From Isosphaeraceae bacterium (GTDB taxonomy: Bacteria > Planctomycetota > Planctomycetia > Isosphaerales > Isosphaeraceae), in assembly GCA_027325115.1 (NCBI GenBank), contig DAHWFG010000348.1, forward strand, positions 1 through 60,202: a stretch of DNA of 60,202 nucleotides. Reading direction: 5' to 3'. The position numbers and the translations under genes are program-made. Of the stretch, positions 26,449 through 35,236 are shown in pieces. Positions within the stretch are counted from its first letter, which is position 1. Each line of letters opens with the position of its first letter. The notes under the pieces are model-generated. The model was given only the letters and a program-made list of their open reading frames with translations. It had not been told where the DNA came from and made no database searches.

Positions 26449-26477
26449 ACCGACGTTCTCCTGTGATCTCTTATGTA

Positions 26478-26759
26478 TTATGAACAATGAATATGATCGA
26501 TCAGACACGCGCAGTACGCGTCGACGGGTTTCACGTCTTTGCCGAACGGGTTCGCGGCTTCGCCTCCCTCGCTCAGCCCGATCCGGTCGCCGGGGCTCGC
26601 ACCGAGGTCGTCGTAGGCGATCACCTCTTCGCCGCGGCGGGGCGACCCGGCGACGAGAGCCTCCCTGGGCATCGGCGCCGCGATCACGAACCGAGCCCCC
26701 TTAAGCGAGGGATGCGCCCGCGACAAAACGACCTTGCCGATCACCTCGGCGATCCTCAT
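26478..26759 (-). CDS. BMC-P pentameric vertex protein (EutN/CcmL family), paralog 3
   Basis: The product MRIAEVIGKVVLSRAHPSLKGARFVIAAP..VIAYDDLGASPGDRIGLSEGGEA has the EutN/CcmL layout. ATG 26759 is preceded by GGAG. Confidence 0.8.
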   Translation of the reverse strand: MRIAEVIGKVVLSRAHPSLKGARFVIAAPMPREALVAGSPRRGEEVIAYDDLGASPGDRIGLSEGGEAANPFGKDVKPVDAYCACLIDHIHCS

Positions 26760-26850
26760 CGAAAACGCTCCCATAAAGCCGTCAAAACGATATCAAGGGA
26801 TCGAAGCGATCGACCGATTTCGAGACTCGCGGTTATGCAACTGAGATTGA

Positions 26851-27105
26851 TCATGTGTTAGGAAGTCCCAAAACGCTCCAGCGACCGGGGGTGTCGCGAC
26901 CGATCATCTCTTGGAGAATCTTGCCGTCGTTGGTGAGCAGAACGGTCTCCCCCCTCCCCGCCCCGAGCCGATCGAACGCGAGCACGGGTTCGCCGTCGTC
27001 CCCCCCTTCGCTCGTAAGCAATTGGACGACGAGCAAACGCTCCCCCTGGAACGTCTTATGCTTCACGGTCGACGTCGCCGTTCCGATCACCACTCCGAGC
27101 TGCAC
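26851..27105 (-). CDS. BMC-P pentameric vertex protein (EutN/CcmL family), paralog 2
   Basis: The product is MQLGVVIGTATSTVKHKTFQGERLLVVQLL..VLAFDRLGAGRGETVLLTNDG, 84 aa. This is the classic EutN/CcmL N-terminus and size. Confidence 0.85.
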   Translation of the reverse strand: MQLGVVIGTATSTVKHKTFQGERLLVVQLLTSEGGDDGEPVLAFDRLGAGRGETVLLTNDGKILQEMIGRDTPGRWSVLGLPNT

Positions 27106-27135
27106 GCGTATTGATCCTTATCGAATGAAAGATTA

Positions 27136-28569
27136 TTAAACAAAACGGAACCCGCCGACGATCGAGGTTCGTCGTTGTCGGCAGAACGTCAACGGAGTCG
27201 TCACACCTTCGCCCGTCGGTCCCGCGATCGAGAACGAAAGCGATCCCTCGCCCCCCAGGCCTAGACCCGCGACGCTTGGGCCGTTGACGACGAAAATCGT
27301 GCAATCCATCGCCTTCCCCATGCGAGTCATCGTTCCCGTATCGCGCGAGTGCAAAATCGCGGTGTGGCCGTAGCCGTGTTCCGACGATTTGGCGAGTTCG
27401 ATCGCTCGATCGACGTTCTCGACGCGCACAAATGGAATAAACGGCATCATCTGTTCATGATCGACGAACGGATGATCCGCCGACGTTTCGCCGAAGAGAA
27501 TCTGTGTACCCTCGGGAACACGCACCCCCGCATGTTCTCCCAGGATCGCGGGATCTCGCCCCACGAGATCTTTATCGACGACGAGTCTCCCTTTATCGTC
27601 TTTTTTGAACGCGGCTCGCGTGAGCGCGGCGATCCGTTCCGAGTCGATTCGGAAGCCGCCGTGCCGAGAGACCGCGTCCATCAGTTTGTCGAAAATCGAA
27701 GCGACCGCGAACACCTGCTTTTCACCGATACATAGCAGGTTATTATCAAACGCCGCTCCTTCGACGATCGATTTGGCGGCGAGTTCGAGATCGGCGGTCG
27801 TATCGACGACGACGGGGGGATTTCCGGGGCCCGCGACGATCGCGCGGCGGTTGCTCGCGAGCGCCGCCCTGGCGACCGCGGGACCTCCCGTGACAACGAG
27901 CAAACGAACGCCTCGATGTTCAAATAATGCTGATGCCGATTCGAGCGTCGGTGGATCGATGATCGTCAGCAGGTCGTCGAGGCCGATCGCTTCGCGAATC
28001 GCCTGATTGAACCGGCGAACCCCCTCGGCGGCGACTTTCGCTCCCGAAGGATGCGCGTTGAACACGACGGTATTTCCCGCGGCGAGCATGTTGATCGCGT
28101 TGCCCGCGAGCGTGGGCAAGCTGTGCGTGACGGGGGTGATCGCGCCGATCACGCCGAAGGGCGCATAATCGGTGAGAGTCAGTCCCGCGTCACCCGACAC
28201 GTTCTCGGTGCGGAGGAATTCGACCCCGGGAACACGTTCGGCGGCCACTTTGAGCTTGGCGATCTTATGATCAAGCCGGCCGATTTTGGTTTCATCGAGC
28301 TCCATCCTGCCGAGTTCCTCGGCCTGATCGAGACAGATTGCGCGGATTCGATCAATCGCCGTGCGACGGTCTTCGAGCGGTCGCGTTCGGAACGCCTGAA
28401 AGGCTCGTTCCGCCGCGGCCACCGCGGAATCGGCGTCGCGATACACCCCGTTCGACCCGCGTCCGCCTCGGCAAGGTCGACCCGCGCCGGTCTCCGCCGG
28501 CGCAACCTCGCCGATCCGGCTCAGCACCTCTTGAACGACGCCTCGAATAAGATCCTCGCTTAATTGCAT
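27136..28569 (-). CDS. CoA-acylating aldehyde dehydrogenase (PduP/EutE-like) with an N-terminal encapsulation peptide
   Basis: N-terminal amphipathic helix: MQLSEDLIRGVVQEVLSRIG, followed by a Gly/Pro linker. Catalytic Cys context: AAFDNNLLCIGEKQVF. The 477-aa length fits BMC AldDHs. Confidence 0.85.
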   Translation of the reverse strand: MQLSEDLIRGVVQEVLSRIGEVAPAETGAGRPCRGGRGSNGVYRDADSAVAAAERAFQAFRTRPLEDRRTAIDRIRAICLDQAEELGRMELDETKIGRLDHKIAKLKVAAERVPGVEFLRTENVSGDAGLTLTDYAPFGVIGAITPVTHSLPTLAGNAINMLAAGNTVVFNAHPSGAKVAAEGVRRFNQAIREAIGLDDLLTIIDPPTLESASALFEHRGVRLLVVTGGPAVARAALASNRRAIVAGPGNPPVVVDTTADLELAAKSIVEGAAFDNNLLCIGEKQVFAVASIFDKLMDAVSRHGGFRIDSERIAALTRAAFKKDDKGRLVVDKDLVGRDPAILGEHAGVRVPEGTQILFGETSADHPFVDHEQMMPFIPFVRVENVDRAIELAKSSEHGYGHTAILHSRDTGTMTRMGKAMDCTIFVVNGPSVAGLGLGGEGSLSFSIAGPTGEGVTTPLTFCRQRRTSIVGGFRFV

Positions 28570-28636
28570 GATCGATTCTTCTCCCGTTTTCCAGCGTCGA
28601 TCGGAACGACGCGCAATTTCTCATGTGTGTATTCGA

Positions 28637-28954
28637 TTAGTGATTCGTCAGTTTCGAATAAATCGTTCGCCCTTCGACGTCGACGGTGTCGACGAGGCCG
28701 ATGATGACGGCGTCGACGGGGAGTTTCTCGGTCTCGGGGGTGAGCCTGGCGCTCGATCCCTGACAGATCAAAACATAATCTCCGAGCCCCGCTCCGAGCG
28801 CGTCGACGACGATAAACGTCCGTCCTGTAGGCGCAAGTCGATCCCTCGTCTTTTCGTCGACGCGGTACGGCTCGACCGCGAGAAGCTTGCGTCCCGTCAT
28901 CGAAGCGACCTTTTGGGTGGCGACGACGACGCCTGTCACTTTGGCGACGAACAT
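28637..28954 (-). CDS. BMC-P pentameric vertex protein (EutN/CcmL family), paralog 1
   Basis: The product is MFVAKVTGVVVATQKVASMTGRKLLAVEPY..FIVVDALGAGLGDYVLICQGSSAR. It begins 3 nt after the ackA stop. Confidence 0.85.
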   Translation of the reverse strand: MFVAKVTGVVVATQKVASMTGRKLLAVEPYRVDEKTRDRLAPTGRTFIVVDALGAGLGDYVLICQGSSARLTPETEKLPVDAVIIGLVDTVDVEGRTIYSKLTNH

Positions 28955-28957
28955 CGA

Positions 28958-30154
28958 TCAGCCTCCCGAGGCCAGTAGGTCGCGCGCCTGGCGAGCGACG
29001 ACGATTTCCTCGTTCGTGGGAACTGTCCAAATTTGAACGCGCGAATGATCGCTTGATACGACCGATTCATCTTTCGCGGCGGCGTTGCGTTCGGGGTCGA
29101 GCTCGATCCCGAACCAGGAGAGATCGCGGCAAACCCCCTCGCGAATCCATCGGGAGTTTTCGCCGATTCCTCCCGTGAAGACGATCGCGTCGGCGCCGCC
29201 AAGTTCGACGAGATACGCCCCGAGATAATGACGTATCGACGCGATATAAACATCGATTGCGAGTCGAGCTCGGGAGTCTCCCTGATGCGCCGCGGTTTCG
29301 ATGTCGCGGAGGTCGCGGCTTGTTCCGCTTAGCCCTTCAAGGCCCGAGCGATTCGCGAGCGTATCGAGAATTTTCTCAAGCGGAAGCCCGGTCTCACGCA
29401 TCAACAGCGGCAAAGCGAAGACGTCGAAATCCCCCACGCGGTTGTTCTGCGGCAGCCCCGATTGCGGGCTCATCCCCAGGCTGCACGCGACCGACTTCCC
29501 GTTCCTGATCGCGCACAACGACGAGCTTCCTCCCAAATGACATGAAATGACTTTTATGTCGTTGCGATTGAGAATTTCGCTCATTCGGCCGGCGATGTAG
29601 CGATGACTTGCTCCGTGGAAACCCCAGCGGACGACGCCGAATTGCGTCGCCCATTCGTCGGGGATCGCATAACGTTTATTGGCTTGGGGGATCGTTTCGT
29701 GGAAGCCGGTTTCGAACGACGCGACCAGAGGTAGGTCGGGGAAGCGTTTGGCGAGCGAGCGCATCGCACGGATGTAAGGGGGATTGTGCGCCGGCGCGAC
29801 CTCGGCGAACGAGTCCATAACATCTAATAATTTAGACGTAATGCGATGAGCGCCCGTGATTTTACCCGCGTGGACCGCCTTGAAGCCGATCGCCGCGATC
29901 TCGGCCTCGCTTTCGATGACGCCGAGCTTGGGGTCGGTCAACTGTTCGAGGCAAATGCTCACCGCGACGGCGTGATCGGGTATCGGCTCGACGAGGTCGA
30001 TCTGGCGTTTGGGCGACCAGATCGTCACCTTGGCTTGATCGGACCCGATCCGTTCGACCGAGCCTTTGGCGAGGAGCGGTTCGGCGGGATCTCCCAGGTC
30101 GTAAAGCCGATACTTGAAGCTCGTGCTGCCGAGATTGGCGACGAGGATTTTCAA
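28958..30154 (-). CDS. ackA: Acetate/propionate-family kinase
   Basis: Motifs MKILVANLGSTSFKYRLYDL, RWGFHGASHRYI, ISCHLGGSSSLCAI and IVFTGGIGENS are canonical acetate-kinase motifs. Confidence 0.9.
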   Translation of the reverse strand: MKILVANLGSTSFKYRLYDLGDPAEPLLAKGSVERIGSDQAKVTIWSPKRQIDLVEPIPDHAVAVSICLEQLTDPKLGVIESEAEIAAIGFKAVHAGKITGAHRITSKLLDVMDSFAEVAPAHNPPYIRAMRSLAKRFPDLPLVASFETGFHETIPQANKRYAIPDEWATQFGVVRWGFHGASHRYIAGRMSEILNRNDIKVISCHLGGSSSLCAIRNGKSVACSLGMSPQSGLPQNNRVGDFDVFALPLLMRETGLPLEKILDTLANRSGLEGLSGTSRDLRDIETAAHQGDSRARLAIDVYIASIRHYLGAYLVELGGADAIVFTGGIGENSRWIREGVCRDLSWFGIELDPERNAAAKDESVVSSDHSRVQIWTVPTNEEIVVARQARDLLASGG

Positions 30155-30179
30155 GGTTACATCTCCCGAAACGAGAACG

Positions 30180-30497
30180 TCAGCCGCCGATGAATGTTTG
30201 AACGACGACGTTTTGAGGTCTGGGGATCACGTGCGCCGCGATCAATTGGCCCCCCCTCGCCGCGGCGTCGGCGCCGGCCTCGACCGCGGCGCGAACGCTT
30301 GAAACGTCCCCCTGAACCATTACGCTTACGAGCCCGCCGTCGAGCTTGATTACCGAGCTCGCGAGCGTCACGTTCGCCGCCTTGAGCATCGCGTCGATTC
30401 CCTGGATCAGGCCGACGAGCCCCATCGTCTCGATCATGCCGATCGCCGAGCCGTTATTCACGGTCGTCACCCTTTCAAATTCATAAGATGCGAACAT
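30180..30497 (-). CDS. BMC-H hexameric shell protein (Pfam00936-type single domain), paralog 3
   Basis: The core reads [72 protein letters not shown] 30497 was chosen; a TTG at 30542 would add 15 aa. Confidence 0.85.
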   Translation of the reverse strand: MFASYEFERVTTVNNGSAIGMIETMGLVGLIQGIDAMLKAANVTLASSVIKLDGGLVSVMVQGDVSSVRAAVEAGADAAARGGQLIAAHVIPRPQNVVVQTFIGG

Positions 30498-30569
30498 GCG
30501 ATTTGGCCTCGCCGATGCGAAGCCGAGTCCGCTTCGGATCAACCGTCGATAAAGAACGCTTACGTTCGA

Positions 30570-30893
30570 TCACTTGACGTACGTTTCGAGGATCGTCCGA
30601 TCGGGGCGGGGAATCACGTGAGCCCCGACGAGTTCGCCCACCTTGGACGCGGCGTCGGCGCCGGCTTCGACCGCGGCGCGGACGCTGCCGACGTCTCCTT
30701 TGACGAGAGTCGTCACATACCCCGCGCCGATGCCCACGCGTCCCGCGAGCGTCACGTTCGCGGCCTTAAGCATCGCGTCGGTCGCCTCGATCAAGCCGAC
30801 GAGCCCCTTCGTCTCGATCAGGCCGAGCGCGTCGCCGTTCGATCCATTGGAAGATACATTCATTTTTGAACCTTTTTGGTGTGCGGTCGCCAT
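30570..30893 (-). CDS. BMC-H hexameric shell protein, paralog 2
   Basis: The core reads [71 protein letters not shown] 30893 lies 2 nt after the upstream stop and has GGAG 9 nt upstream. An alternative start is 30863. Confidence 0.85.
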   Translation of the reverse strand: MATAHQKGSKMNVSSNGSNGDALGLIETKGLVGLIEATDAMLKAANVTLAGRVGIGAGYVTTLVKGDVGSVRAAVEAGADAASKVGELVGAHVIPRPDRTILETYVK

Positions 30894-30897
30894 GATG

Positions 30898-31227
30898 TCA
30901 CGCTCCGTCGTTTCGGGTCGCTGCGGGAGCGGCCGCGGGCTTCTTGGCGAACGGCAAAACGCCCCCCAGATCCTCGTGAGGTCGAGGAATCACTTGAACG
31001 CTAATCACTTCGCCGATGCGACCCGCCGCCGCGGCGCCCGCGTCGACCGCGGCCTTCACCGCCGCGACGTCTCCCGCGACGAACGCCGTCACGAGCCCGC
31101 TTCCCACTTTATCCCAGCCGACCAACTCGACGTTGGCGGCCTTCACCATCGCGTCGCTCGCCTCGACGAGCGCGATGAATCCCTTGCACTCGATCATGCC
31201 GAGCGCTTCCAGGGACGCGTTTGCCAT
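30898..31227 (-). CDS. BMC-H hexameric shell protein, paralog 1 (PduA/EutM-like, with an Ala/Pro-rich C-terminal tail)
   Basis: The product begins [76 protein letters not shown]. The tail is [15 protein letters not shown]. Confidence 0.9.
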   Translation of the reverse strand: MANASLEALGMIECKGFIALVEASDAMVKAANVELVGWDKVGSGLVTAFVAGDVAAVKAAVDAGAAAAGRIGEVISVQVIPRPHEDLGGVLPFAKKPAAAPAATRNDGA

Positions 31228-31301
31228 CGGTCAACTCCTCATCCAAATCAGAAAACGTGAGAATCAATAGACGCTAGTACGCCGGCAAAAACTTCGATCG
31301 A

Positions 31302-31994
31302 TCACCCGCGCGGCCTCACGAGCTCGACTTTCGTCGCGTGAGCCAGATCGCAGCAGTTCGCTTCGTCGGTGTCGATATGAACCTCGAGCTTCCAATCGTC
31401 GTGGGTCCGCACGAGCAGCCCCTCGAGCACGGTCGGACACGAGCCCTCGACCCGCATATCAAGACGATCCTTGTGCTTCACTCCGTAATAACGCGCATCT
31501 TTCGGCCCCATATGAACATGACGTTCGGCGCGGATCACTCCGCGGGGCAATACCAAACTCCCCTTCGGTCCGATCAACAGGCATCCCGGAGTCCCTTCGA
31601 TCTCTCCCGAAAGCCGCACCGGAAGTTCGATTCCCAGGCTGATCGCATCGGTGAACGCAAGTTCAACCTGGCTGAATTGTCGGCAAGGACCGAGAATCCG
31701 AACGCTCGGAATCATCCGCCGCCTTGGCCCGACGACCGCGACGGTCTCGTTCGCGGCGAAATCGGTCGATTGATAAAGAGTCCGCATCGGCGTTAACTGA
31801 TATCCCGATCCAAAAAGAACGTCGACGTCGGCTTGCGTTAAATGACAATGACGCGCCGAGATGTTGACGACAAGGTTCGGTCGATAAGACGGTTCGACTT
31901 GATGGGCCGAGCGGCCGTTCAGTCCACCCAGCCGATCGATCAAAATCGATCGGACGATCCCCTCCACCTGATCTCGAGCGATCGCCGTCGTCAT
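31302..31994 (-). CDS. pduL: PduL-type phosphate acyltransferase (phosphotransacylase) with an N-terminal encapsulation peptide
   Basis: N-terminal helix: [17 protein letters not shown]. The duplicated PduL signatures are [19 protein letters not shown] and [18 protein letters not shown]. Confidence 0.85.
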   Translation of the reverse strand: MTTAIARDQVEGIVRSILIDRLGGLNGRSAHQVEPSYRPNLVVNISARHCHLTQADVDVLFGSGYQLTPMRTLYQSTDFAANETVAVVGPRRRMIPSVRILGPCRQFSQVELAFTDAISLGIELPVRLSGEIEGTPGCLLIGPKGSLVLPRGVIRAERHVHMGPKDARYYGVKHKDRLDMRVEGSCPTVLEGLLVRTHDDWKLEVHIDTDEANCCDLAHATKVELVRPRG

Positions 31995-32818
31995 GAACCT
32001 CTCCTTGTCGCTTCGTCGCGAGTTTGTCCGTTGAACGATTCGGCGAACGGATCAGGTTCCAACTCGGCGAACAACACGTCCACGTTCTTATCGCGCAACA
32101 TGCTTCGATGTTCCTCGCTCAATCCGGAGTCGACGACGATCGTGCGCACGCTTTCGAGACCGCACAGCCACGCGAGCGCCGGCTTGCCGAATTTGGTGTG
32201 ATCGGCGACGACGAACACCTCCTGGGCGCACGCCGTCATTCGCCTCTGAGTCTCTACTAATAATAAATTGTGATTATAGATACCGTCCGCGATGATTCCG
32301 CCGGCGCCCATGATCGTCTTCCGCACCCTGACGTCTTTCATCCCGTCGATCGCGATCGGGCCGAGCGCCACCCCCGTTTTGGGGTAAACGTAGCCGCCGA
32401 TCAGAATCAAATCGGTCTCTTTGCTCGCGGCGATCAGCGATGCGATCGGCAGGCTGTTCGTCACGATCTGCACGGGTCGGCCGACGAGAGCGCGAGCGAC
32501 CTCGAGCGTCGTCGTTCCGCCGTCAAGAAGGATCGATTCGCCGTCTTCGATCAAAGACGCGACGAGGCGACCGATCGCACGCTTTTCCGCCGCCGAAGTC
32601 GCTGCACGATCCTCGAGAGCCGGAAGCGACTTCATCTCCGCAACGCTCACGGCGCCGCCGTAAACCCGCTTGATTAGCCCCGCGTGATCGAGAGCTTCCA
32701 GATCGCGGCGAACCGTACTCTCAGAGGCGCCCAACGAAGCCGCAACCCCGGTCAGGCTCGCGAAACCATCGCGACCGATCCGTTCCAGCAGCAATCGACG
32801 ACGCGTCTCTTGATTCAT
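31991..32818 (-). CDS. DeoR-family transcriptional regulator (first gene of the BMC operon)
   Basis: N-terminal HTH: [51 protein letters not shown]. The C-terminus is a DeoR-C sugar-phosphate-binding-type domain. The stop overlaps the pduL start (ATGA). The start was chosen at MNQETRRR (32818). Confidence 0.8.
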   Translation of the reverse strand: MNQETRRRLLLERIGRDGFASLTGVAASLGASESTVRRDLEALDHAGLIKRVYGGAVSVAEMKSLPALEDRAATSAAEKRAIGRLVASLIEDGESILLDGGTTTLEVARALVGRPVQIVTNSLPIASLIAASKETDLILIGGYVYPKTGVALGPIAIDGMKDVRVRKTIMGAGGIIADGIYNHNLLLVETQRRMTACAQEVFVVADHTKFGKPALAWLCGLESVRTIVVDSGLSEEHRSMLRDKNVDVLFAELEPDPFAESFNGQTRDEATRRGS

Positions 32819-32919
32819 GATCGATTCGACTCGAAGTCCTTCGCACGCCACGAATGCTATTCTTCAATCTCGAACAGAGTCTGTCAAGAACCCGGAGAAC
32901 TCTTTTCGTCATTTTGAAC

Positions 32920-32936
32920 GATTATGGCGGATTATG
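32920..32936. promoter_or_regulatory. Direct repeat GATTATG-N3-GATTATG (10-bp period) in the deoR/mutM divergent region; candidate operator
   Basis: Both copies, 32920-32926 and 32930-32936, were read directly. They lie about 100 nt upstream of the deoR start. There is no experimental or comparative support. Confidence 0.2.
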
Positions 32937-33116
32937 TGGAAGAAATCTTTCAGTGTGTCTTGAGATTTGGTGTGTTTTTAACCGAGATCGGTCATTCGCG
33001 GCGTGGTTACGGGATCTCGAGGGATCGATTGTGACGAGGTTGCCCGTCGCGCGGAGTCGCGTTACGATCGGTTCGCAACATCCTGATCGATCCCCGAGTG
33101 GTGAAAGGATCGCTTC

Positions 33117-33995
33117 GTGCCCGAGCTTCCCGAGGTCGAGACGATGGTTCGCGGGCTAAGGCCCGTGATGGAGGGTTTCTCGCTCGTTGAGCTTGAAATA
33201 CATGATCCGTCTTTGATCCGGGGGATCGAACCCGATCGATTAATCGACCGGGTTGCGGGATCTCGGATCGATCGGATCGAGCGGCGAGGCAAGTGGGTTG
33301 TTTTTCATCTCGCTCTCGACGCGGGTATTATCGTCGTTCAGCCGCGGATGACGGGAGGATTTTGGCTCATTTCCCCGGCTCGAATCGATCATGCGCGCCT
33401 CACGTTTCGGTTAAGGGAACCCGAGCGGTCGGTGTGGTACTGCGATGCGCGCCGATTGGGGAGAATTCATTGGTTTGCATGTCTCGAAGACGCTTTACGG
33501 GCGTTCACGCGATCGCACGGACCCGATGCGATCGCGATTGAGATCGACGAACTCGTCGTGCGTCTCAAGGGGACGAATCGAGGAATCAAGCCGACATTGA
33601 TGGATCAAAAAATCCTGGCGGGTGTCGGCAACATCTACGCCGACGAGATCTTATTCTCCGCCAAGATTCATCCCCAGCGGAAAGCGTCGTCGCTCAATTC
33701 CAAGGAAATCGAACGGATTCATGATTCGATCGGCGTGGTGCTGGCGAAGGCGATCGCGGCCGAGGGTTCGAGCTTCGACGCGGGTTATCGGACCGTCCTC
33801 GGCCTTGAAGGGGGCTTTTTGGCGATGAACGCGGTTTATGGACGCGAAGGCGCCCCCTGCCCCGATTGCGGCTCGGCGATCATCAAAGGGAAAATTCAGG
33901 GCCTGATCGGCAGACCGACGTATCACTGCCCTCATTGTCAGGTGCTTGGTCGCGCCCGGAAAAAACGCTCGACGCTCGCCGAACCCAAAGCGTGA
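33117..33995 (+). CDS. mutM: Formamidopyrimidine-DNA glycosylase (Fpg/MutM)
   Basis: A GTG start is preceded by AAAGGA. The N-terminus (M)PELPEVETMVRGL carries the catalytic Pro2 and Glu3. Other motifs are the H2TH region and the C-terminal zinc finger CPDCGSAI..YHCPHCQ. Confidence 0.9.
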   Translation: MPELPEVETMVRGLRPVMEGFSLVELEIHDPSLIRGIEPDRLIDRVAGSRIDRIERRGKWVVFHLALDAGIIVVQPRMTGGFWLISPARIDHARLTFRLREPERSVWYCDARRLGRIHWFACLEDALRAFTRSHGPDAIAIEIDELVVRLKGTNRGIKPTLMDQKILAGVGNIYADEILFSAKIHPQRKASSLNSKEIERIHDSIGVVLAKAIAAEGSSFDAGYRTVLGLEGGFLAMNAVYGREGAPCPDCGSAIIKGKIQGLIGRPTYHCPHCQVLGRARKKRSTLAEPKA

Positions 33996-34064
33996 AATCG
34001 CTTAATTTTTATTTTCTTGATCATATCTAAGCATAGCGTTGAGTCGTGTCCTCATGCGGATTCA

Positions 34065-35096
34065 TCAGGCTTTTGTCGCCATGACCGCATCGAGCGGGAC
34101 GCCGCCCGGGAGCGATTGGTGCTCGACTTTGGCGAAGCCTATGCTTTTAAGCAACAACTCATACTCTTGCGCGGTCCGTTCGCGTCCCTCGGTATAAATC
34201 AACATGCCGAGATGTTGCATCAGAGCCCAGCGCGGCCCCGATCGATCGGAATCGATCAGCTTTTCGGCGATGAGGACTGAGCCTCCGCTCGGCAAACGAT
34301 CATAAATACGTTTTAAAAGGACAAGGATTTTTTGCTCGGTCCAATCGTGGAGGATGCGACCGAGAGCGAAGACGTCGCCTTCGGGGAGGGGATCGACGAA
34401 GAAATCGCCTGCGAGGATCTCGATCCGCGAAACCGCGGGGGATTTGCCGACGATCTCGCGGGTCAACGGAACGACGTCGGCGAGGTCGAAAACCGTCGCG
34501 TGCAAATTCGGATAACGCTCGCACGCTGCGACCGCGAGATGCCCCGTCGCGCCGCCGAGATCGACGAACCGTTTTCTCGATCGCAGGTCGAACGCCGCGA
34601 CGACCTCGGGAGAACTGATTAATCCATATCCGTGCATTCCCATTAGAAATTCACGTTTGGATTCCTCGGTGCGAAAGAAATTCGCGAAGATCGGCGCGTC
34701 CCAGCCGAACGTTTCCTTCCAGCGGTGGGTTCCCTCGCGAACGGCGCCTTCGAGATTCGCCCACATCTTCCAGAGGACGTCGTTCGAGTAGCCGATGTAA
34801 CCCGTGAGGCGACGCGGACTCGCGCTCGTTAAATACGTTTGCGCGACCCGAGCGTTCGCGTAGTGATCGGCCGATTTTTCGAGCAGTTTCAGGCAAACGC
34901 AAGCGTCGAGCAGCCTGCCGAGCGCGTCGGCGTGAAGCCCGAGAGTTTCGGCGAGCGATTCGGCGGTCGCGGGCTCTTTTTCCAGGGCGTCGAAAATCCC
35001 CAGTGAAACCGCGGCGAACATCGTCTTGGAACGACGGTACGATTCGATCAGATCGAGGACGATCGCGGGATCGGCGACGAAAGGAAGTTCCGACAT
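34065..35096 (-). CDS. Class I SAM-dependent O-methyltransferase (Methyltransf_2/COMT-like)
   Basis: It has an N-terminal dimerisation-like helix region, SAM motif I (FVDLGGATGHLAV) and FDLADVV..ILAGDFF..LGRILHDW. Confidence 0.75.
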   Translation of the reverse strand: MSELPFVADPAIVLDLIESYRRSKTMFAAVSLGIFDALEKEPATAESLAETLGLHADALGRLLDACVCLKLLEKSADHYANARVAQTYLTSASPRRLTGYIGYSNDVLWKMWANLEGAVREGTHRWKETFGWDAPIFANFFRTEESKREFLMGMHGYGLISSPEVVAAFDLRSRKRFVDLGGATGHLAVAACERYPNLHATVFDLADVVPLTREIVGKSPAVSRIEILAGDFFVDPLPEGDVFALGRILHDWTEQKILVLLKRIYDRLPSGGSVLIAEKLIDSDRSGPRWALMQHLGMLIYTEGRERTAQEYELLLKSIGFAKVEHQSLPGGVPLDAVMATKA

Positions 35097-35236
35097 AATG
35101 AAACCTCTTAAGAGTGCTTACATGTTAATTAAGTGTCGGGTGAAGATCGTCGGTCGACGATCGGGAGTGCGGCGACGCCGCCTTCGTTCGCATCCGGAAC
35201 GATCCGTTTCACCGATCTTCGGTTGTAAAAACACTT

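Noticed and set aside
23353-26466. Plus-strand ORFs inside the BMC operon (23353..24126, 24611..25141, 25633..26466, and 28051..28563 a little further downstream)
   Set aside because: All of them lie antisense to minus-strand genes with strong family signatures. None has a recognisable motif of its own.
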